Of a stretch of DNA of 34,571 nucleotides, positions 1 to 8,656 are shown piece by piece. Source of the DNA: Candidatus Hodarchaeota archaeon (lineage in GTDB: Archaea > Asgardarchaeota > Heimdallarchaeia > Hodarchaeales > Hodarchaeaceae); the NCBI GenBank assembly GCA_016839785.1, contig JAEOTQ010000194.1, forward strand, positions 1-34,571, given 5' to 3'. The first letter of the stretch is position 1. Every line of letters starts with the position of its first letter. Both the position numbers and the translations under genes were made by a program. Under the pieces are notes generated by a model. It saw only the letters and a list, made by a program, of their open reading frames with translations, was not told the origin of the DNA and did no database searches.

Positions 1-8
1 GTCCTCGA

Positions 9-1235
9 ATGGACCCATGGTATATGGGCAGAGCTGCAGCCTGTGAACAAAGTACAGGAACATGGGTACCTGTACCAGCAAATACTCCTGAATTACGTTC
101 ACGATATGGGGCCAAAGTGCTTGGAATCTATGAAGTACCGTCTCATGAATTTGAAATACCTAAAGATGTGGAAGAAAGAAATTTCATTTATCAAATCGCA
201 TTCCCCACTATTAACCAGACCGATCAAATAGGTCTGATGCTTACAGCCACGATTGGAAACATTTCTATGGGAGGTAAACTCAAAATGCTTGACCTTAGAT
301 TCCCTAAAAAGTGGATAAAGAATTTTCAAGGGCCTAAATTTGGGATAGAAGGAATAAGAAAACTCCTAAAGGTTCCTGATAGGCCTCTCCTGAACAATAT
401 GATTAAACCATGTAGTGGATGGACTCCTGAAGTAGGAGCTCAACTCTTCTATGCCGCAGCAAAGGGAGGCTGTGATATAATTAAAGATGATGAACTCATT
501 GCGGACATGGATTACAATAGAGTTGCAGATAGAGTACCATTGATGATGGAAGCTGTCGATAAAGTCAGAGATGAAGTCGGTGAAGAAACTCTGTATACTG
601 TGAATATTACAGATAAAATTATGAAATTAAAGGAAAATGCTTTAGCTGTGCAGGATGCAGGGGGAAATGCTCTCATGTTAAATTATCTTGTCGTCGGCCT
701 ACCCGCTTTACGGATGCTAGCTGAAGATAAAGAGATTAAGCTGCCGATTCTAGGACATATGGATTTTGCAGGTGTGTTTTATGAATCACCATTTTCAGGT
801 GTTTCTTCATTTCTAATTATGGGAAAGCTCGCAAGACTAGCTGGTGCAGATATTGTGGTATATCCAGCCCCGTACGGTAAAGCCCCATACCTCAAAGAAA
901 GATATATGGAGATTGCAAAAGCCCACCGATACCGAATGCACCACTTAAAGCCTACAATGCCAATGCCCAGTGGAGGAATTACACCTGGTATGGTTTTGCG
1001 TGTTATGCAAGACTTAGGCAATGATATGATGATTGGATCTGGTGGAGGAATTCACGCCCATCCTGATGGTCCAATTGCTGGTGCCACTGCATTTCGGCAA
1101 GCTATTAATATTGGTATGAAGGACATGAAAGCAGCTTCCGAGGATTTCGAGGATTATGTTGAAGATCATGAAGAAGAGTATCCTGAACTAGCCAAAGCAA
1201 TGGAGACCTGGGGAGTATCCGATACTCGCCTGTAA
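9..1235 (+). CDS. RuBisCO-like protein (form IV RLP), probably 5'-truncated by the window edge
   Basis: Motifs CEQSTGTW, GPKFGIEGIR, IKPCSG, IIKDDE (carbamate/Mg site), PMPSGG and GGGIHAHPDG. The R295/H298/H327 equivalents are replaced, so this is not a bona fide RuBisCO. The frame is open back to base 3. Confidence 0.9.
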   Translation: MDPWYMGRAAACEQSTGTWVPVPANTPELRSRYGAKVLGIYEVPSHEFEIPKDVEERNFIYQIAFPTINQTDQIGLMLTATIGNISMGGKLKMLDLRFPKKWIKNFQGPKFGIEGIRKLLKVPDRPLLNNMIKPCSGWTPEVGAQLFYAAAKGGCDIIKDDELIADMDYNRVADRVPLMMEAVDKVRDEVGEETLYTVNITDKIMKLKENALAVQDAGGNALMLNYLVVGLPALRMLAEDKEIKLPILGHMDFAGVFYESPFSGVSSFLIMGKLARLAGADIVVYPAPYGKAPYLKERYMEIAKAHRYRMHHLKPTMPMPSGGITPGMVLRVMQDLGNDMMIGSGGGIHAHPDGPIAGATAFRQAINIGMKDMKAASEDFEDYVEDHEEEYPELAKAMETWGVSDTRL

Positions 1236-1261
1236 ACCTTTCCTTCTCCTTTTTTTGGGTC
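1236..1261. terminator. Pyrimidine/oligo-T tract between convergent genes, probable terminator of the RLP gene
   Basis: accttt ccttctcct ttttttggg directly after the RLP stop. Oligo-T tracts are typical archaeal terminators. Confidence 0.4.
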
Positions 1262-1573
1262 TTATCCTCCTGCAACAGGAGGAAAAATTGCTATTACATC
1301 TCCTTCATTTAACTGAGTGTCTATTCCATCAAAAATTCCCATATTTCTTCCATTAATCAGGATTACCACCCAACCTCCTAATTGGAGATTTTTGTCTAAC
1401 ATTAATCCTTGTAAAGATGGATATTTCCCAATTATTTTTCCTAAAAGAACAGTAACTGTACTTCCTTTAGTTAGAGTGATCTCAATGTCCCGTTGCTGTG
1501 TAGCTTGCTTAAACGCGCCAAAAAACCTCGCAATTACTTGGATAGTTCCAGACTTTGCTACTTCAGATGTCAG
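1262..1573 (-). CDS. moaD: MoaD/ThiS-family ubiquitin-like sulfur carrier (SAMP-like), absent from the ORF track
   Basis: Manual translation of the minus strand gives (L)TSEVAKSGTIQVIARFFGAFKQATQQRDIEITL...VILINGRNMGIFDGIDTQLNEGDVIAIFPPVAGG*. This has the C-terminal di-glycine and beta-grasp pattern and lies downstream of AOR. The start is uncertain (CTG at 1573 after GAGG). Confidence 0.88.
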   Translation of the reverse strand: MTSEVAKSGTIQVIARFFGAFKQATQQRDIEITLTKGSTVTVLLGKIIGKYPSLQGLMLDKNLQLGGWVVILINGRNMGIFDGIDTQLNEGDVIAIFPPVAGG

Positions 1574-1595
1574 AGAAAAGCCTCAGTTAAACACT

Positions 1596-3275
1596 TCATG
1601 TTTTGGATACTTCCTGTAATTCTTCGTTTTTTAACTTCTTTTTATCTAATTTCATCACACGTGTAAGTGGTAGGAAATCACGAATTTCTATCTGTTTAGG
1701 AACAGCATAAGGAGGAAGAGTATCTTTACAGAATCTTAAAATATCATCCGTAGATGTAGTTTCTTTGTGTTCATCTTTTAAAATCACAAATGCTTTTACT
1801 CTTTCACTTCCAGGTCGGTTGGGATCAGGAACTCCAATAACTCCAGCTAGTCTCACAGCAGGGTGTGAATGAAGAGCATCATCAATAACTCGTGAATAGA
1901 CCTTCATTCCAGATACGTTGATCATATCCTTGATTCTATCAACAATTTTAAAGTATCCATCTTCATCCATTACCCCGATATCTCCTGTAGCTAGCCAATT
2001 ATCGTTTTGTAACCCTTTCCCTCTTTCTGGCCAATATCCTAACATAACCTGAGGTCCACGAATCCAAATTTCACCTTCTTTACCAAAGGAGACCTCCTCA
2101 CCCGTTTCTGGATCAACAAGTTTTACCTCTGTATCTGGAATCGGTACACCTACACTATGCTTGACTTTAGACATGAAACGTGTAACTTTTGATATTGCAG
2201 ACAGGTTTATGTGAGTACATGGGCTACATTCAGTCATTCCATACCCCTCACTCATTGGAACACCAGTTTTTTTACTAAATTGTACAGATACCTCTGGTGG
2301 AAGAGCAGCCGCCCCTGAAAAATAGAAAATTGGCATCTTCTTTATCTCTCGCGTCAATAACTCACTAAAGTGTGTTGGAACACCATAGACAGCAAAGGGG
2401 CGGTATTTCTTAATGATTTCTGAAATAAGGTCAATATCTCTTGCATCAACGAGAATAGTGCGAAGTCCCCAAGAAATTGAAGAAATAAGCGCCCAATGTC
2501 CGTATTGATGGAATATCGGGACACAAATTAAAGTGGCTGATTTTCCTTTGAATCCTCTTTCAAGAGGACTCAAAAACCAATGTAAAGATTGTTTAACATT
2601 AGTTGTAACGTTATAGTGTGACAACATTGTGCCTTTAGGTATTCCTGTTGTGCCTCCAGTGAATGGTATAAAAGCAATGTCCTCTTTAGGGTTTATTGTT
2701 ACTTCTGGAGGATTCGCTTCAGATTTTAAAATCAAATCAGCCATTTTAAGAGCATTCGAGACTACTTTCATCTCAGGTAATTCATAATCAGGAAATAATG
2801 GAACAGGGGTATAAATTAGGTTTTTTATTGAGATTTCATCTTTGATGTTCTCTATACGGTTTAAGCGATGGTAAGAACAGATGATGGTTTCAGCCTTCAC
2901 CTCGTTGATTTCATATATCAGATCTGGTTCTTTATGGAGGATAGAGAGAGGGACATGGATTGCCCCTAATCGTAATATTGCAAAATCAGCAATCACAAAT
3001 TCAGGGCACGTTGGTAGTATGGTGACTACGCAATCGTTCTTTTTCACACCTAATTCGGTCAATGCGGTCGCAAACTTATCTACTTGAAGCTTCAACTCTG
3101 CATAGGTCAATTTTTGATCTAAATAAATTAAAGCTTCATTATCTGGATATTTAGCTACTGAATCTTCCAGATATTGATAAATTGAAATCTCTGGATACGG
3201 CTTCATAGTTTTTGGTAACTTATAGGGACCAATGAAGTAGCTTTTCAACCATGGTTTTTCAGAATATGAGTTCAA
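1596..3275 (-). CDS. Long-chain fatty acid--CoA ligase (AMP-binding, ANL superfamily)
   Basis: FTGGTTGIPKG P-loop, EGYGMTECSP, GPQVMLGYW and WLATGDIG...VDRIKDMI. TTG start. Confidence 0.92.
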   Translation of the reverse strand: MNSYSEKPWLKSYFIGPYKLPKTMKPYPEISIYQYLEDSVAKYPDNEALIYLDQKLTYAELKLQVDKFATALTELGVKKNDCVVTILPTCPEFVIADFAILRLGAIHVPLSILHKEPDLIYEINEVKAETIICSYHRLNRIENIKDEISIKNLIYTPVPLFPDYELPEMKVVSNALKMADLILKSEANPPEVTINPKEDIAFIPFTGGTTGIPKGTMLSHYNVTTNVKQSLHWFLSPLERGFKGKSATLICVPIFHQYGHWALISSISWGLRTILVDARDIDLISEIIKKYRPFAVYGVPTHFSELLTREIKKMPIFYFSGAAALPPEVSVQFSKKTGVPMSEGYGMTECSPCTHINLSAISKVTRFMSKVKHSVGVPIPDTEVKLVDPETGEEVSFGKEGEIWIRGPQVMLGYWPERGKGLQNDNWLATGDIGVMDEDGYFKIVDRIKDMINVSGMKVYSRVIDDALHSHPAVRLAGVIGVPDPNRPGSERVKAFVILKDEHKETTSTDDILRFCKDTLPPYAVPKQIEIRDFLPLTRVMKLDKKKLKNEELQEVSKT

Positions 3276-3303
3276 TATTCAACATTTCCTGATTTGTCGG
3301 TAA

Positions 3304-5166
3304 TTACATCTTATCAATCAGCCAATCCATTCCAAGCCTAGTAAGTGTTTCTGCAGTTGGTCGTCCATCATGATCCCATCCACGGTATTTATAGTATGCA
3401 TCTAGCATGGGATCCAGATTAACAACCTGTCCCTCTGCAGGCCCGTCTGGTAAGGGGTCTTCCGTTAATCGTTTTGGAAGCGTGTCATCTGCTCTTGTTA
3501 AACCTTCACGGATATTATAAGCTCTTTCAAGGTTGTAGATTCTTTCTCCAGTTTTCCGAAAGTCTTTTTCTGAAAAATCGTAACCTACTAAGCTTTCTAT
3601 TAGATCCGCCCAATCTTCTCCCGTTAAAACCATGCCCATGAATTTACAACCGGATAATGCATCAAAAACTCCAAAAGCATCTTCATATTCTTTAACTACA
3701 CGTGCCTCCTCTGGTATTTCTTGAAGGCCATCTTCGTCCACCTCTCCCTCCTCCACAATTAGAAATGGCATAGACATAAATGCAGGGCCTTCTATATATG
3801 CAGTGATATGATCTCCCCCTCGATTAGCTGTTGCATATGCCAATCCTGTTATTTTTGCAGCCCTTGAATCGTACGCTGGAAGTTCTAATCCTTTCACATG
3901 CATTGCAAACCTTTCGCTTCCCTGTCCTAGCTTCTCTGCCATGGCTTTGGAACCTTCTGCTAGTAAATTACCAATTCCCTCTCTTTTGGCTATCTTATGG
4001 ACTAGATCGATAATTGCATCAGGATTCCCAAACTTTATGTCTGAACCCATAGTATCTGTTAAGATCCCTTTTTCCACAGCTTCCATCGCAAAAGATATTG
4101 TAGCTCCTGCAGAGATGGTATCGATTCCATATTCATTGCATAAGAAATGAGCTTTAGTTATAGCATTGAGATCATAAATATCACACATACTACCAAAAGC
4201 ACCTATAGATTCGTATTCGGGGCCTTCTCCTGAACTAGCATATTTCCCTTCTTTAATGTTTGATAATCTTCCACAAGCGATAGGACATGCAAAACAGGCC
4301 TTTTCGCCAACAAGTATTGTATCATTAATTGCTTCTCCGTTAATTTTCTCATATTCTTCTACATAGCCAGTTTGCCAATTTCGTGAAGGAAGTCCTCCTC
4401 TTTGATTGACCATGTCAAGAATGGCGGCGGTCCCAAAAACCTCAAGAGTAACTTTGAGGAGACTAGCATTTACCCAATCACGCCTCTCTTTTGCTTTTTC
4501 CCGATATTCTTCATTATTAGCAATTTTAATAGGAATTCTTCCTCTTGAAGCAATAGCTTTAAGATTTTTGGCTCCCATAACTGTACCCAGTCCACACCTT
4601 CCAGCTGCTCTTCCCCAAAAGGGTTTATCGACATCATTCATAATAGCTGCATATTTAACCTTATTTTCTCCTGCAATACCAATACAAGCAACATTAAATT
4701 TCTCACCTAGTTCTTCCTTGATCTTTTGAGTTGTTTCATAGGTGTTTAGACCCCAAAGATGTGAAGCATCACGTAATTCAACTTTTCCATTATCTGTAAC
4801 TAAGTAGACTGGATTCTCTGCTTTTCCTTCAAATATGACCCCATCAAATCCAGATCGCTTAAAATCACGTCCCCAAAACCCACCTGAGTTAGCCTGTCCC
4901 CAAAATCCAGTTAATGGAGATTTTGCAACTACAGAAAATCTTCCAGTACTGGGAGAGGATGTTCCAGTCATTGGCCCAGTCATAAAAATTAATTTATTAT
5001 CAGGCCCTAATGGATCAGTACCTTTGGGGACTTCATCAAACAAATACTTTGTTGCTAATCCCGCTCCTCCTAAAAACATTTTTAAGTCAGTTTCATCGGG
5101 TTCTTCTTCCGTAAAACTACCTGTTGTCAAATTCACTCTTAAAATTTTGCCCATATAACCAAACAT
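3304..5166 (-). CDS. aor: Tungsten-dependent aldehyde:ferredoxin oxidoreductase
   Basis: MFGYMGKILRVNLT start, AKSPLTG, GRAAGRCGLGTVMGAKNLKAI, CFACPIAC Fe-S motif, GPEYES, YGIDTIS and RADDTLPKR. Confidence 0.95.
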   Translation of the reverse strand: MFGYMGKILRVNLTTGSFTEEEPDETDLKMFLGGAGLATKYLFDEVPKGTDPLGPDNKLIFMTGPMTGTSSPSTGRFSVVAKSPLTGFWGQANSGGFWGRDFKRSGFDGVIFEGKAENPVYLVTDNGKVELRDASHLWGLNTYETTQKIKEELGEKFNVACIGIAGENKVKYAAIMNDVDKPFWGRAAGRCGLGTVMGAKNLKAIASRGRIPIKIANNEEYREKAKERRDWVNASLLKVTLEVFGTAAILDMVNQRGGLPSRNWQTGYVEEYEKINGEAINDTILVGEKACFACPIACGRLSNIKEGKYASSGEGPEYESIGAFGSMCDIYDLNAITKAHFLCNEYGIDTISAGATISFAMEAVEKGILTDTMGSDIKFGNPDAIIDLVHKIAKREGIGNLLAEGSKAMAEKLGQGSERFAMHVKGLELPAYDSRAAKITGLAYATANRGGDHITAYIEGPAFMSMPFLIVEEGEVDEDGLQEIPEEARVVKEYEDAFGVFDALSGCKFMGMVLTGEDWADLIESLVGYDFSEKDFRKTGERIYNLERAYNIREGLTRADDTLPKRLTEDPLPDGPAEGQVVNLDPMLDAYYKYRGWDHDGRPTAETLTRLGMDWLIDKM

Positions 5167-5403
5167 TTTATCTACAACCGCTAATAACCATTTAATTAAT
5201 TTAACACTATCATCAATCTGTCAACTTAAAAATATAGGTCTCTTTGTGAGTTAAGAAATGAAAGGAAGCTAAGTAAAGTCTTTAAATATCAGATTTATTT
5301 TTCAAAGAGATTCCTATCAATCCTTATGATCTGGTAGGTATGTAGATAATTTCAAGATAAAAATCAATCAGAAGCTATCGAATTTAGTTTAGGAAGTAAT
5401 TAT
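5167..5403. promoter_or_regulatory. Divergent promoter region for aor-ligase-moaD and scp2-adh
   Basis: AT-rich gap between divergent operons. TATA-like TTTAAATA at 5281-5288 on + follows a purine-rich BRE-like tract, and a TTTTTAAG-like box lies near 5224-5231 on -. Confidence 0.4.
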
Positions 5404-5832
5404 ATGGTTGTTTATGGTTCAGAAGAATGGGTAGAGGCATTAATGGTTAAAATTAATGAAAGCGAAGCATATGAGAAAGCTGCTAAAAATTGGGAAGGAG
5501 ATTTCATTTTTAAGACGATTCCTGATGGTACAGGTACACTAACGGAAGAAGCAAGTATTTATTGTGATCTATGGCATGGAAAATGTCGTGAAGCATACCT
5601 AATAACTCCAGAAAAACCATCCCCGGAGAATGTGGAATATATCTATGCGGGAAAATATGGAAATTGGTTGAAACTCTTCGATGGTAAGATCGGTCCATTA
5701 AAGGGAATTATGCAACGGAAGTTTGATGTGAAGTGCTCTGCGAGATCAATGGCAAAGTTGATGCGTGCTCTCAAAGCAGCTCAAGAGCTCGTAAAATGCA
5801 CCACTATGATTGATGACGTGGAATATCCGTAG
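5404..5832 (+). CDS. SCP2 sterol/lipid-carrier domain protein
   Basis: Pattern YEKAAKNWEGDFIF...DLWHGKCREA...YGNWLKLFDGKIGPLKGIMQRKFDVK, typical of prokaryotic SCP2 proteins found beside Fe-ADH/AOR genes. Confidence 0.8.
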   Translation: MVVYGSEEWVEALMVKINESEAYEKAAKNWEGDFIFKTIPDGTGTLTEEASIYCDLWHGKCREAYLITPEKPSPENVEYIYAGKYGNWLKLFDGKIGPLKGIMQRKFDVKCSARSMAKLMRALKAAQELVKCTTMIDDVEYP

Positions 5833-5843
5833 GAGGACAAGAT

Positions 5844-7040
5844 ATGTGGGATTTTACCTCCCCTAGAAAAGTAATTTTTGGTGAGGATGCATTAGAATAT
5901 CTCTCTGAAAAGCAATTCAAACACGTGTTTATTGTTACAGATCCAGTGATGAGGAAACTGCATCTTCATCTGTTAGAAGAGCAGCTCAAAGCGACTAATG
6001 CAGAAATTACGATCTTTGATGAAATACCAGGTGAACCGACTCTTCAAATCGTTCAAAAAGGAGCGAAACTTTTAGCTGAAACTAAACCAGATGCAATAAT
6101 CGCGTTTGGTGGGGGAAGTGTCATGGACTCAGCCAAAGGTATGTGGCCAATGTGGGCGTCCCCTGAAGACGGAATTGATGCTATTGAAGGCTTAAATCCA
6201 TTTGAGGATCTGAAACTTCGTGAAAAAACTGGATGCATTCTTATAAATATTCCAACTACTTCTGGAACTGGATCGGATGTCACTTGGGCTACTGTGTTGA
6301 CTGATAATTCATCTGAGACCGAGCGTAAAGCTTCTTTTGGTAATCGTGAATTAGTTGCTGATATTACAATTCTGGATCCAATTTTAACTAAAACCCTACC
6401 AAGAAGTCTTATTGCTGGAGCAGGTTTAGATGCTCTAAGTCATGCTGTTGGTGGATATTTAAGTACATGGGCTAATGATTTTTCAGATGCGTTACTTCTG
6501 CATGCATTCAAGCTATTATGGATAAACATACCAATAGCTTATCATCAGGCCGAAACGGGTGAAGTAAACTTCGAAATTCGGGAAAAACTGCACAATGCTG
6601 CTACTATGAGCGGATGGGGATTTAGCAATTCGCAAATCATTCTTGGTCATGCAATAGGGCACACCATTGGTGGAGCGTTTAAAATTCCTCATTCAAGGTG
6701 TATTGGAGCAGCTTGTTGGTATTCTCTGATGTACAACAAGACTTCCGTTTCTGATCGAATAGCAGATCTCGCTCGTACAATCGGAATTGAGGGGAAATCA
6801 AAAGAGGAATTATCTGTGAATTTAATTAAAGAATTCAAGAGATTATTGATTGAATTAAATCTACCTGTGTCTTTGCAAGAAATGGGAGTGACTAAAGAAA
6901 AATATGATGCTGAGATTGAATCTGTAATTGACTATACACTAAATGACTCAGGTACACTCTCTAATCCGAGACCCGTTGATTATGAAGACTATGTTAAGAT
7001 ATATGAATATTTCTTCGAAGGTAGAGAACTCGATTTCTAA
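5844..7040 (+). CDS. Iron-containing alcohol dehydrogenase
   Basis: AFGGGSVMDSAK, IPTTSGTGSDVT, metal ligands DALSH / HAIGH / PH. AGGAGG SD-like motif upstream. Confidence 0.93.
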   Translation: MWDFTSPRKVIFGEDALEYLSEKQFKHVFIVTDPVMRKLHLHLLEEQLKATNAEITIFDEIPGEPTLQIVQKGAKLLAETKPDAIIAFGGGSVMDSAKGMWPMWASPEDGIDAIEGLNPFEDLKLREKTGCILINIPTTSGTGSDVTWATVLTDNSSETERKASFGNRELVADITILDPILTKTLPRSLIAGAGLDALSHAVGGYLSTWANDFSDALLLHAFKLLWINIPIAYHQAETGEVNFEIREKLHNAATMSGWGFSNSQIILGHAIGHTIGGAFKIPHSRCIGAACWYSLMYNKTSVSDRIADLARTIGIEGKSKEELSVNLIKEFKRLLIELNLPVSLQEMGVTKEKYDAEIESVIDYTLNDSGTLSNPRPVDYEDYVKIYEYFFEGRELDF

Positions 7041-7173
7041 TAATCGATTTCGCCTACTAAATACGAAATAAATCCCAAGTTTATCATCAAATTTTCCATC
7101 CCCAGTAGTTTTTTATTTTTTTTAAAAATATCTATCTTTTACTCTAAAATAAAAAATCTTAGGATGGTCGTAT

Positions 7174-7554
7174 ATGGTAAATGAAGATCTATTGAGAACA
7201 TTGTTTGTAAAGAAATCTCTGAAGAATGTTGAAGGGGGATTTCAATTAGAAATGAAAAATCCTATTAGCGATGCCACAATTATAGATGCAATTAAATTTG
7301 AGATAAAAGGGGACGCGATTGAGGGAAAAGAAAAATATAAAAATTTTGTAGTAGAGATCGGGGGTAAAAGTGTGGAGAATAAATCCATTAGCGAACAAAA
7401 CCCTGCGGATTTTAGTGTTAAATCTCATGCTATTCTTCGGTTTAAAAGAGAAACTCCCCTTCCTGTGGGAAAATATAAACTACGATTTACTAAATTATTA
7501 ACCGAACAATACGGTGATATTCCGTTTTCAATGAAAGAACGTATCCGTGAATAA
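7174..7554 (+). CDS. Conserved hypothetical small beta-rich protein
   Basis: Clean 126-aa ORF followed by a non-coding gap. The start LFVKKSLKNVEGGFQLEMKNP resembles a small domain I recall near lipid-metabolism genes (unverified). Confidence 0.6.
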   Translation: MVNEDLLRTLFVKKSLKNVEGGFQLEMKNPISDATIIDAIKFEIKGDAIEGKEKYKNFVVEIGGKSVENKSISEQNPADFSVKSHAILRFKRETPLPVGKYKLRFTKLLTEQYGDIPFSMKERIRE

Positions 7555-7665
7555 CAGTTTACCGCTAGTCTTCATACAACGGGACTCTTTATTCAAGGGG
7601 AAGGATTTATTTTTTTAATTTCATACTGTCAAGTTATTTAAGATAAAATTGAAATCTCTAAGGTT

Positions 7666-8556
7666 ATGAAGTCCACAATTAATTTTGAACAAGCAAAGAA
7701 GTATATATTGAATAACGGTAGAAAACTCGAGCAGGAGAGGTTTCGGTTTCATTTTGAGAGTGGATCATCAAACAACGTGATTCAAGAATTAGGAAAATTT
7801 CAGAATGATGATGGGGGGTTTGGAAAAGGTTTGGAATCAGATCTGAGGAGTGTTAATTCATCAGTTTTAGCGACTTGTCATGCCTTGTCAATTTGTAGGG
7901 AAATAGGCGTTAAAAAACAAACACTGATTGATATGGCTCTGAAATATTTGCTTAGTTGTTATGATTCTGATAAGAAGGTGTTTCCAATTATCACATCCAA
8001 TGTTCTTGATGTACCTCATCCATGGTGGTGGACTGAAAAGGATCTTGAGAAGAATTTCGCAGGTTTCAGAATAAATCCTACAGCAGAGGTACTTTCTCAT
8101 CTGATGTATTTTGGTAGTAGAGTACCTGAAGGGTTGGAAGAAGAGACTCTATCTCGGATTAACTCACTAGAAACAGTTGGTATTTACGGTTTGAGATGCA
8201 TAAAATATCTGATAAAGGTAGACAAACTACTTGTACAAACAAAAAATGCGATTGTTGAGAAATTAGAACCTCTAATTATCTCCAATATTAGTGGGGAAAA
8301 GTGGGATGGCGATGGTATGTATCCTCTAAATATTGTGAAATCTCCAGATGACATCTTTGCTAAAACAGTCAGTGATGAGCTCATTCAATCAAACTTGGAA
8401 TATGATATACAAAATCAGAAAGAAGATGGATCTTGGGCTCTCAACTGGTCATGGGCTGATATTGATGAACAATTGTGGTCTGAGGCAGAGAAAGAATGGA
8501 AAGCTGTTAAGACACTAGAAAAATTATTAGTATTCAAAGCATTTAATTATTTATGA
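7666..8556 (+). CDS. Prenyltransferase/squalene-oxidase-repeat (alpha/alpha barrel) hypothetical protein
   Basis: QW-like motifs FQNDDGGFG and QKEDGSW, plus PHPWWW and INPTAE. Confidence 0.65.
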   Translation: MKSTINFEQAKKYILNNGRKLEQERFRFHFESGSSNNVIQELGKFQNDDGGFGKGLESDLRSVNSSVLATCHALSICREIGVKKQTLIDMALKYLLSCYDSDKKVFPIITSNVLDVPHPWWWTEKDLEKNFAGFRINPTAEVLSHLMYFGSRVPEGLEEETLSRINSLETVGIYGLRCIKYLIKVDKLLVQTKNAIVEKLEPLIISNISGEKWDGDGMYPLNIVKSPDDIFAKTVSDELIQSNLEYDIQNQKEDGSWALNWSWADIDEQLWSEAEKEWKAVKTLEKLLVFKAFNYL

Positions 8557-8656
8557 GAAAGTACATACCTACAAACTAGAAAAACTCTTAAGCAAAAAAA
8601 GGGGATTCTCTGTAACTACTCATCCGTTTTTACGATTTAAAGGCAGGAAAGCAAGT

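Noticed and set aside
9-1235. CO2-fixing form III RuBisCO
   Set aside because: It lacks the K177, R295, H298 and H327 equivalents needed for RuBP carboxylation.
1583-1594. GTG-TTT-AAC-TGA in frame with MoaD as possible selenocysteine readthrough
   Set aside because: The TGA falls outside the conserved domain at no catalytic position, and no SECIS-like element was recognised.
1317-1619. 100-aa plus-strand ORF in the track
   Set aside because: It is the antisense shadow of the real minus-strand MoaD/ThiS gene.
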